A model generated the notes under the pieces. The model saw nothing but the letters and a program-made list of their open reading frames with translations, had not been told where the DNA came from and did not search any database. Below are positions 50,101 to 61,500 of a stretch of DNA of 64,000 nucleotides, one piece after another. How positions within the stretch are numbered: position 1 is the first letter of the stretch; the number at the start of each line of letters is the position of its first letter. Source of the DNA: Hypanus sabinus (Eukaryota); the NCBI RefSeq assembly GCF_030144855.1, contig NC_082706.1:106578001-106642000 (forward strand), given 5' to 3'. The position numbers and the translations under genes were made by a program.

Positions 50101-50700
50101 TAAATTTAGAAGCCAAGATGTAATGTTGCAGCTGTATAGGACCCTGGTCAGACCCCACTTGGAGTACTGTGCTCAGTTCTGGTCACCTCACTACAGGAAG
50201 GATGTGGAAGCCATAGAAAGGGTGCAGAGGAGATTTACCAGGATGTTGCCTGGATTGGGGAGCATGCCTTAGGAGAATAGGTTGAATGAACTCGGCCTTT
50301 TCTCCTTGGAGCGAAGGAGGATGAGAGAAAACCTGATAGAGGTGTATAAGATGATGAGAGGCATTGATAGTGTGGATAGTCAGAGGCTTTTCCCCAGGGC
50401 TGAAATGGTTGCCACAAGAAGACACAGGTTTAAGGTGCTGGGGGTAGGTACACAGGAGACGCCGGGGTAAGTTTTTTACTCAGAGAGTGGTGAGTGCATG
50501 GAATGGGCTGCTGGCAATGGTGGCGGAGGTGGATATGATAGGAGTTTTTAAGAGACTTTTAGATAGGTGCATGGAGCTTAATGAAATAGAGGGCTATAGG
50601 TAAGCCTAGTAATTTCTAAGGTAGGGAGATGTTCGGCACAACTTTGTAGGCCAAAGGGACTGTATTGTGCTGTAGGTTTTCTACGTTTCTATGATTCTAT
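47140..50700 (+). mobile_element. Degenerate + strand CR1 of unit 4 (paralogue of 780-8575 without the 4.3-kb insert)
   Basis: Colinear with 780-3767 + 8024-8575, including the antisense fragment at ~49228-49945. Confidence 0.85.
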
Positions 50701-51390
50701 TGTAACCCCCTGGTTTGCCGCAGGCTCGCTCAGCTCGTTCTTGTCTAGGGGGAGCAGCTGGTAATCAGCTGGTGTGGATGCTGTGTGATGTCTCCGCCTT
50801 GCCCAAAAACAGACAGTACACCATATGCGATTAAATGAGTACAATTTATAAAGGTTACTATAACTAAATGATTAATAGCGATACTGTCTGTATGAAGAAA
50901 AAAAATAAAGAAAAGGCGCCAAACTTATCAAAGTCCAAACCACTTCGTGCACAACCGTTGGAGCTCAATTACTGAAGTCTTCTGGCCACCATTTGATCCC
51001 CTCCGAACTCCTTGACTTGCAGCTTAGGACCATCCGAATTGGTCAACCAAGCACATCTAACTTCATCTCCTCTCCTCTGAGTAACTCCTGGCCTCGGACC
51101 CCCGCTTGGGGTCCGTTCCTCGCCCAGCTTACAGCATCGCGCCCTCTCACTCTCACCCCCTTGTGCTGATCTCCCCAAAAGCCCGCCAACAATAGCTTAC
51201 AGACTCAGAAGAAAGAACAACATTAATCCCAATTGGTTTACAAAGGAATATTATTCTCGTTATCAGTAAATTTTAACCCAAACAAGCTTCCAGCACTCTC
51301 TCGCAACAAAGAAACATTCCTGCTTTTAACAAAACAAAGAAGCCATTTTGATTACATACACAGTAACAAAGAAGAAAAAAACCCTTTACG
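50701..51390. mobile_element. Probable solo LTR, ~690 bp, unit-4 specific
   Basis: Absent from the paralogous site at ~8570; TGTAA...TTACG termini and CTAT/CAAT flanks (two substitutions away from TGTAA..TTACA with a 4-bp TSD). Confidence 0.6.
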
Positions 51391-53597
51391 CAATGAAATA
51401 AAAACATAAAATGCTGAAAATACTCAAATCAGATGGCATCTGTGTAAAGAGAAACAGAGTTAAGGGAAGTCAAAGAAGGCATAAAAGAAAAAGAGACGGC
51501 AGGAAGTCTGAAGAAGGATGGGGAGAAATTAGGAGAATTGACAAAAAAAGTGGCAGATGGGACAGAGTGTAGGGAAGTGTATGGTGATGCACTTTGGTAG
51601 AAGGAATAAAGGCACAGACTATTCTCTAAACAGAGAGAGAGAGTACACAAACTGAACGTGCAAGAAGACTTGAGAGTTCTGGTGCAGGATTCCCTAAAGG
51701 CTAACTAGCTGTTTGAGTTCATAGTGAAGAAGGGAAATGATAGCAATCATTGCTATCATCCAGACTATAATCAGAATAGAATGAGAATCAGGTTTAGTAT
51801 TATTGGCATAGGTCGTGAAACTTGTTACTTTGCAGCTGAAGTAGAGTGCATTTTATAATAAAAACTATAAATTACAATTATATATTAAATTTAAAAAGTA
51901 GAGGAAAAGAGCAAAGGAAGAAAAAATACTGAGGTAGTACATGTGAATTCATTGTCCATTCAGAAATCTGATAAAAGCAAAAATGTAATGTTGAGTCTTC
52001 CTAAGACATTGGTTAGACTATATATGGAGTATAGTGAGCAATTTTGGGCTCCATATCTGAGAAACAATGTCCTGTCATTAGAGAGGGTCCAGAGGAGGTG
52101 TCAAAGGTTACGGGGAGAAGACAAATAAAAGGGGCTGAGAGGGAAAACGAAACAGATATGATTCAATGGCCGAGCTGACTCAATGGATCGAATGGCCTAA
52201 TCCTGCTCCTATGTCTTACTGTTTTACGGCTGGGAGAGCGATTGCAGTCGGAGCATGTACAGAGGAAGCTTCTTAATGGTTTAACCTAAACTGCCCTAAA
52301 GGGGTTATCCGAGAAAAAATATACTAACAAATGAGTTGATTTTAACGGGAACGTTTCCGGGAGAGGTTTGCAACTAGTTTTGGGTTACTAATGGAACTTG
52401 GATGTTTTCAGAAAGAAGGTCCTGGACTTTCAATAAAGGACGTGCACTGCCTCGGCACCATGGTCGCCTCGCGAAAACCGCGACGTTATTACAGCTCTGG
52501 GTTGTAAATTGTTCCGTGATTAGGTTAGAGTTAATTGGATTTGTCGGGGGTGCCTGGGCCTACACAACGGTCTGTCGCTAAATAAACAAATAGATATTGT
52601 GCTTTCCAATTTTCCAACGGAAGCCAATGTAAGCGAATATTTACTGACAGGTTCTGCCCAGTTGGAATCATTAAAACCACGTTCACAGGGAAAGATGAAG
52701 AGATTCACAGACATGCTGCAGACGGCATTCGGATCATCAAACATCCCACCCAACAGAACGTACAGGGAATACGGTCGCAGCGACGGGGGCGGTTGCGAGA
52801 CAGTTCCAGGGTCGGCACTTTAAGAGCGTGTGTGGGGAGGATATCGGTCTCTTGCTCTGTCACAGAAAAAAGATTAGACAAAATGAAGCCCAAAAATGAT
52901 AAAACCAGGGGTGTCTGGGTGAATTATCTCCATGTACTCCTGCCGCCTGAAGGCGCCTTGCAACACCCCTCTCTACCACTCGCTGAAGCCACTTGCTCCA
53001 ACTGTGGTGTTAGGCGGGAATTTGTACGTTGTTCCTGTGACCGCGTGGGTTTCCTCCAGCTGCTCCGGTTTCCTCCCACGTTCAAAACACGTACGGGTTA
53101 GTAGGCGCCCAAAACAACACACACAAAATGCTGGAGAAACTCAGCAGGACAAGCAGCGTTTACGGAAAAGAGTAAATAGTCGCCGTTTCGGGCCGAAACC
53201 CTTTTTTCAGGACTGGAAAGGAAAAGGAGAAGTCAGCGTGAGAAATCCTTCAGAATCTGCAAAATTTCTCCTGTTTGCGGGTTAGTAGGTTAATTGATCA
53301 CATGGATGTAATCGCATGGCCCGGGCTTGTTGGCCCGGAAAGTCTATTACTGTGACGTATTTCTTCATGTTAAGCGAGCAAGTTCCAACCCAAAAAACCG
53401 TCTAATGAACTGTTGTGCAATTCTACCAAAATCTCATTTTATGCGGAGGAAGTAATAGTGTGTCGTTTTCAAATGGGGTTGGAAGGCGTGGTCTGTGACA
53501 CGTTGACAGAAAGTGGGACGTGAAGCGTGGTGTTATTTATAACTAGCCAGGCCTCATCTAAATCTGTGTCACATTCAGTCACAACTCGACAAACAAC

Positions 53598-54021
53598 ATG
53601 CGGCTGGGTTGCGTGGCTTTTGTGATACTTTTTCTCCGTTAGTTGATTGATTTTCATCCACTTACACTCTGTTTGTTTCAGTCTTTCAAACGTGTTATGA
53701 CTTTGATTTCTGTTTCCACAGGCAGATGTCTCGGTGCTGAATTGACACAGTCTCCGATGTCCATCACCCGAAATGAGGGCAAAACGGCTAGAATGTCCTG
53801 TGATCTGGGCACAGCGAACACGGAGTATATCCACTGGTATCGGCAGCCAGATGGACAACGCCCGGTCAGGATCCTTTATTACAATAACGGGGTCAACGTG
53901 CGCGACAATGGATTTGATGACAGATTTAAAGCGAGGAAAGATGGAGAAAAGCTGCATTCTCTAAGTGTGTACCATCTCAAGAAAGAGGATTCCGGCACCT
54001 ATTACTGTGCCTATTGGGACC
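53598..54021 (+). CDS. TRGV: TCR V gene segment 4 (gamma-like): leader 53598-53637, V exon 53722-54021
   Basis: Same architecture, open frame. Confidence 0.8.
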
Positions 54022-54060
54022 CACAGAGTTAAACTGCAACCGGTGCCGCTGACAAAAACT
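54022..54060 (+). other. 23-RSS of V4
   Basis: CACAGAG + 23 nt + ACAAAAACT. Confidence 0.93.
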
Positions 54061-57000
54061 CTTCCTCAGTGCAGAGGTCGCACGAATCATTTCCGACTCT
54101 GCGAATTCGCAGCTTATGCCATAAATTCCATCACCTTTCTTCGGATAGAGAACTCTATCCAATTCTACAGAAGTTACCCGATCAGCATCATCGACAGTTT
54201 ATACATTTACACCTGTCGCTCGAGGACAGAGAGTTGGGAGAATATTTCCCCAGGGTAGGAGAGCCCAAACTGGGGGGGGATAGTTTTAAAGTTGGTCAGG
54301 AAAGATCTATAAGAGGCCTGTGTGGTATGTTTTTCAGGGAAAGGGCGGTGGGTACAGGCAACAAGCTGCCAGAGGAAGAGTTAGAGGCAGGAACCATCCA
54401 GAGATTTAAAAGTCATTTGGGCATCTACATGGATAAGAAAGGTTCCGATAAATACGGGTTAAATGCATGTAAACAGGACTGGTTTCCGTGGGTAACTTGC
54501 TCGGTAAGGACGAGTTGGGCCGAAGGGCCTGATTCTGTGCTGTAGATCTCAACGGCTCGTAGAATTACTTCAGATCTCTGCACGGTCGCCACTCACGCTC
54601 CTGTATTCCGTGGAAAACATACCCGACCTATCCGACCTCGAAAAGTAAAATCATCCAATCCCAGTAATATACCTTCTGCGTCCTCTCTAGTTCAATCACA
54701 AACAAATATTTAAGCAATAAATACTGAGAAAATGAGGCATAAAAACCTTGAAATTGTGTCCATATGTTGTGGGAACATTTCAGCGATGGGGCAAGTGAAG
54801 TTATACCTTTTGGTACAAGAGCCTGATTGTGGAGGGGTAGTACCTGTTCCTGAACCTGGTGTTTTAGCCTCAGAGACTAAAATCACTCGATCATCTGGTG
54901 CTGTGAGTGTTTGTGATGGTCCCTCCATGTTTTGATGGTCAAAGAAAGCATAGAAGGCATTGTGTTCATCTGGAAGTGAGCCCTGCTGTCACCTATGTCA
55001 CTTGATTTTACATTATTAGAAGTGATAGCATTCAAGCCCTGCCACAACTGTTGAGTATTCTTCGTTGATTCAGGTTTAGTCTGGCAATGCCAGGTTGCCC
55101 ATAAGGAGGCTTTCCAGAGAATGTACCAGGACCTCTTGTAATGTTATAGGTCACCACACGTGAATGCCTCTGATCTGGCCCTCAGCAAATTGCTGATTTC
55201 ATGATTCATACAAGGTTTCTGGTGGGAGAAGACTCTGAATGATTTTTTGTGGACACACTCCTCTACAACTGTTTTTCTAAAGTCCATGATGTAGGTGCAC
55301 ATTGAACCTACATGGTGTAGGTGTATTTATTCAGATCCATAGATGAGTTCCTGAAAATGGCCCCGTCCACTCAAAGGAATTCCATATAGCAATAGCCACA
55401 CATCTGCCTCCCTCGACCTCTTTGTTGTCCTAATCTCTGGAAATTATATCCAGCTCCTTGATTTGCCTCCCTCATAGCTTGTGATATCTGCATATTGTCT
55501 TTTAGTGAATAATGTGCAAAGGTGTCCTGGGCGCTCTGAACGTACACGCCTTGCAAACTCCCATCATTTGCAGTAAAGCTTCATTTAAACTAGTTCGGAT
55601 GAAGTCATATTTTCTTCACTTCATTCCCTTCAGCAACAAGTATTCCATTGGATACTACAGTGGGGGTGGGGATAGAATGACCTATCAGTGCACAGCAGCA
55701 GCAGCCAGGCCAATGGCAGTACGGCTGGCTCTGAGGCTCAGCAGTGAAGGCTAAAATCAGGTAGAGAGATAGTGATAGGAGACTCAATAATTCAGAAATG
55801 AACAAGAGATTTGGTGGCCATTAAAAAGACACAGAATGGTGTGCTGCCTCCCAAGTGCGAGGATTACGGATATCTCAGAGCAGCTGCAAGAGAGGTAGGA
55901 TAACCAGACAGAGGCCATTCACCATTTGCTAAGCCACGTATTAAACTGCACTGTCCTCCTTATTTTTTGTCTCACCTGCATGGATAGCTTCCTGTGATCT
56001 CCATCTTGGGGGTCTTGTCTCTGAGCTTCACAGTTTAGGCATCTGTTAGTCTTGTGAGACCATGGAGTTGCACCTTGGAAGGTTTCCAGGGTGCAGGCCT
56101 GGGCCGGGTTGTATGGGAGACCGGCAGTTGCCCAAGCTGCAACCCTTCCCCTCTCCAAACCACCTATGATGTCCAAGGGAAGGGCATGAGGACCCAAGCA
56201 GCTTGGCACCGGTGTCATTGCAGAGCAATGTGTTGTTAAGTGCCTTACTCACAGACACAACTACTCTGCCTCAGCTGAGAGTCCAACCAGTGACGTTCAG
56301 ATCACTAGACCGATGCATTATCCACTAGGCCACGTGCCAACAGAAAAGAAATTAAGTTTACCTTCAGTAAAGAAAGAAGTTAGAGAAACCTAAACTCGTA
56401 GAAGTTTATGAAATGTCTAGGAATATAGAGTAGTTATACCCTTTTCCCAGGATTGGAGTGTCCAATACTAGAGGTCACTGACACAAGGTAATAGAGAAGC
56501 AATTTAAAAGAGCCCTAAAAAAACATTTCTATATGCCGAGGATAGTGAGCTGCCTGAGGAAATGGTTGAGTTCGAGCATTTGTATCCACCCTATCTATGC
56601 CTCTCCTAATCTTGCAGGGAAGTCGTGGTCAGCATGGACCATTGGGCCCAAAGGGCCTATATCCATACTCTGTTACTCAATGGCTCTATGAAATAAAAAC
56701 ATAAAATGCTTAAAATACTCAAATGGACAGACGGCATCTGTGTAAAAAGAAACAGAGTTAAGGGAAGTCAAAGATAGCGTAAAAGCAAAAGAGAGGGCAG
56801 GAAGTCTGCAAAAGGACCAGGACAGATTAGGAGAATGGACAAAAAAGTGGCAGATGGAACATAGTGTAGGGAATTGTATGGCCATGCACTTTGGTAGAGA
56901 GAATGAAGGCACAGACTGTCTCTAAACTGAGTGCAAATGCAAAAACCGAATGTGCAAGAAGACTTGAGAGTTCCAGTGCAGGATTCCCAAAACGCTAATT

Positions 57001-58141
57001 TGCTCTATAAGTCAGTAGTGGAGGAGGGAAATACAATGTTAGCAATGATTTCAAGAGGACTAGAATATAATCAGAATAGAACGAGTATCAGGTTTGTATC
57101 ATAGAACCATGGAACACTGCAGCACAGTACAGGCCCTTCAGCCCTCCAAGTTGTGCTGACCAATATAATCCTTAAAAAACAGTACTAAATCCACACTTCC
57201 CCATAACCCTTCATTTTTCTTTCATCCATGTTCCTGTCCAAGAGGAACTTAAATACCCCTAATGTTTTAGCCTCCACCACCAGCTCTGGCAAGTCATTCC
57301 AGGCACTCACAACCCACTGTGTAAAAACTTACCCCTGATGTCTTCCCTAAACTTCCCTCCCTTTATTTTGTACATATGCCCTCTGGTGTTTGCTATTGGT
57401 GCCCTGGGAAACAGGTACTGACTATCCACCCTATCTCTGCCTCTCCTAATCGTGTAGACCTCTATCAAGTCGCCTCTCATTCTTCTACACTCTAAAGAGA
57501 AAAGTCCCAGCTCTGCTAACCTTGCTCATATGACTTGTTCTCCAAAGCAGGCAACATCCTGGTAAATCTCCTCTGTACCCTCTCCATAGCTTCCACATCC
57601 TTCCTATAATGAGGTGACCAGAATTGAACACAATATTCTAAGTGCGGTCTCACCAGAGATTTGTAGAGTTGCAACATGACCTCTCTGCTCTTGAACTCAA
57701 TCCCCCTGTTAATGAAGCCTGGCATCTCATAGGTCTTCTTAACTACCTTATCAACCTGCGCAGTGACCTTGAGGGATGTATGGACAGGAATCCCAAGGTC
57801 CCTTTGTTCATCCACACTCTTAAATAACTGACCATTAATCCTGTACTCAGTCTTCTGGTTTGTCCTTCCAAAATGCATCACCTCACACTTGTCCGGATTG
57901 AACACCATCTGCCATTTTTCTGCCTAACTCTGCAGCCTGTCTATATCCTCCTGTAACCTTCGACAACCTGCAGCTCCATCCACAACTCCTCCAATCTTCG
58001 TGTCATCCGCAAACTTACTCACCCATCCCTCCGCCTCTACATCCGGGTCATTTATAAAAATCACAGATTTTTCTTGGAGAAGACAATAAAAATAGGGCTG
58101 AAAGAGAAAACCAATCCGATATGTTTAAATGGCTGAGCTGA

Positions 58142-58547
58142 CTCATAGAAACATAGAAAACCGACAGCCCAATACAGGCCTTTCAGCCCACAATGTGGTG
58201 CCAAACATGTACCTCCTTTAGAAATTACCTTGGGTTACCCATAGCCCTCTATTTTTCTCAGCTCCATGTACCTATCCAGGAGTCTCTTAAAAGACCCTTT
58301 CATCTCTGCCTCCACCACCATTCCCGGCAGCCCATTCCACGCACTCACCACCCTCTGCGTAAAAAACTTAGCCCTTATATCTCCTCTGTACTTACTTCAA
58401 AGCACCTTAAAACTGTGCCTTCTCATGGAAGGCATTTCAGCCTTGGGAAAATGCCTCTGACTATCCACATAATCAATGCCTCGCCTCATCTTGTACACCT
58501 CTATCAGATCACCTCTCATCCTGCGTCGCTTAGGAGAAAAGCCCAAG
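58142..58547 (-). mobile_element. 3' end of the type-B CR1 in a fifth unit, interrupted by the L1
   Basis: Colinear with 25993-26385 and 36835-37225, including the left GCTGACTCA flank. Confidence 0.8.
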
Positions 58548-61500
58548 CTGAGGTCAGCAGGAGACGCTGATGGAGTGAGCACAGTTTCAGATTCGCTCCA
58601 TAAACTTTACTTTTTTTAACCTATGATCACCCTTATTTAACTTACTTTTAACTACACCAAAAGATTCTTGCTACCTTTTTGGACTTATCTTTAAGAGTCT
58701 ATTGTGAATTTTGAAGAAATGAGTACAGAAATGGCTAAAGGGCGAGAACCTGGGAAAAATCCTAACGGGAACGGAAAGAAGAAAAAGACCGATCCTAAGC
58801 GCACTGAATTGACTTATGAAATGTTATTGGAACTTTTAAATGAAAAATTTGAAGAGCAACGACAAATTTTCAAACAAGATATAAAGGCTTTTCAGGATTA
58901 TATGGATAAGACTGATTCAGTAGTTAACCAGCAGCAAGCTGTAATCGCAACTTTGCAAGAGGACGCTCAGAAGCGAGACTTGATAATCGAAAAACTGGAG
59001 CAGAAATTATCTTCGACGATTAAACAGGTGGAAACACTTAAAGCCAAGAGTGTCGACTTTGAAAATCGGTCCAGAAGACAGAACTTACGCATACTTGGTC
59101 TCCCGGAAGGTAGTGAACAAGGGGGACCCCTCGAGGTATTTTGCTCAACTTTTAAAGGATGCGTTCCCTTCTGTATTCCCAGACGGTCCTCCGTTACTTG
59201 ATCGCGCTCACAGAAATATGCGCCGAACACCAAGTTCTGCATCTGAACCACTGGTTGTAATTGTCCGATTTCACTATGTGCATGTTAAAGAGCAAATTAT
59301 TCATGTGGCTCGGCGTGTAGGGCTGGTCAAATTCCAAGAATTCGATTTTTGATTAGTGGCGGATTTTAGTCCAGAAGTAATGAAGGCAAGGCTTCTTTTT
59401 AAACCTCTGATGTCCGAATGTTATGAGAAAAATCTAAAACCTGCGCTCTTATACCTTGTGAAGCTCAGAATCTCACCTCCGAATGCACCACGGGGTATTT
59501 TCCTTTCTGCATCTGAAGCTCGAAGCTTTCTGAATGAGAACTACCCTACTGCTTCGGATTCTCATCTCTAGTAAATGAGTGACTTTGATTGTTACAAGAT
59601 AGTTTTTGTTTCCAAAATCAGATTTTGCTTCTGGCTATTGGTGTAGGTTTACTCTATATTTTATACTCTAATTAATTTTTTTTTTCAACGTACTAATCTT
59701 TTTATTTTACTTACTTTAACCACTGTACTTTATCTTTGGTCATTATTATTAATCCTTCGAAGGCAATTTTTTTATACTAACCTGGCGGGTTCTTCTCTAA
59801 AATATTTTTGGCTTTTTTTTATTTTGCCATTTTTTTCTCTTGTCTTCTTCCTATAATGCATTCCTTATCACAGTTTAATTTTTTTTTTGGTTTGTTTGGG
59901 TTTTAACCCGATTTATAAGTTACTAGTGATTATATTATTTTTGTTTTTTTTACTAGCAATTACATTAAGAAGTTTGGTTTTAGTATAGTGATCATTTTTT
60001 TTTGAGTTTGGGTGGATCTTTTTTTCCTTTGTATATGGAGTTGCCTTCTGCTGATATGGGGATAGATTTAGTTTCATTCCTCTTTCTTCCCAGCCTTCTC
60101 CTGGCTGGAGAAGAGCTTTCTCTTCTTGGGTGGGGAGTGAGGATTTTTTTTCTAAATCTAATGTTCTTTTTATCAGTTCTTTTTAGTTTTTTCATTTGGG
60201 CTATTTTAAACTACTAAAATGTCCGCGATGTCGTCATTTCCGGGTCCGCCCCTTATTTTTGTTCCTCTTCCGGGTGCATGAGTTCATAATTTGGTCAACC
60301 CATATTTCAGAAATATGGCTCAGACCATTGATTTTGTCCCTTGGAATACTAATGGCTTAAACCATCCGATTAAACGGAAAAAGATTTTCAAAGTATTCCA
60401 AAGACTGAATGCACATATTATTTTTGTACAAGAAACTCATGTGAGGTAAGAGGACATACATTGTTTTTTTAGGTTTGGGGGGGTCAACAGTACCATTCGA
60501 ATTCGAATGCTAAAGTAAACGGAGTTTCAATTTTTATTGATTCCTCTATTGCATTTGTCCAACACAATATTTTTTCGGAACCGAATGGTAGATTTTTGTT
60601 AATTACTGGGTTACTTTTTAACAAAAAGTTTGCTATGGTTAATGTTTATGCTCCAAATGTGGATTATCCCGATTTTTTAAGTCCTTATTTACTTCTGTAC
60701 TTAATCTAAATGAATATAGGTTAATAATGGGTGGTGACTTTAATTGTTGTTTAAATCCTTTGTTGGAAAGATCTATATCTACTCAGACTTTACCTATTAA
60801 GTCGGCCACTTGTATTAACTCTTTTTTGACTGATAATGGAATTTTTGATATTTGGAGATTTCGGCATTCTAAGGAAAGTGTTTTCATTTTTCTCACATGT
60901 TTATCATTCTTACTCGAGAATTGATTACTTTTTTATTGACTCTTGTTTAATTCCATTGGTAATTGGTTGTAATTATGATATTATAGCCATCTCTGACCAT
61001 GCTCCATTAAAACATTCTGTTAAATTTACGGATACAGCTTCTAGTGCTAGACAATGGCGATTTGATTCTACCTTACTGCAAGATCCGGATATTATTAAGT
61101 TTATGAAGAAACAGATTGATTTCTTCTTTTCAACTAATTCCACAGATGATATTTCTTGCAGAACACTTTGGGACACTTTTAAAGCATATATACGTGGACA
61201 GATTAAATCCTATTCCGTTGGTTTGAGAAAATGCATTAAGAAGGAAACTCTTTTATTGGTTGATAAAATTAAGGAGATTGACAAGAAATATTCGACTCCT
61301 CCTAGTAAGGAGTTTTACAAACAAAGGGTTGAACTTCAAATGGAACATAGTTTATTACTTACATCTTCGACTGAAAATCAATTAATGAAAACCAGATCTG
61401 ATTTTTATACACATAGTGATAAATCGGGTAAACTGTTAGCTAGTCAATTGAAGAATGCTTTGGTTAAACGCCAAATTATTAAGATTCGTCAGCAGAATAG

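Noticed and set aside
11114-54060. Ig light/heavy chain or NAR identity for the V genes
   Set aside because: Shark Ig genes are in V-(D)-J-C clusters, yet no D, J or C lies between these Vs; the 23-RSS and CAYWD end fit a TCR translocon. Alpha/delta cannot be fully excluded without BLAST.
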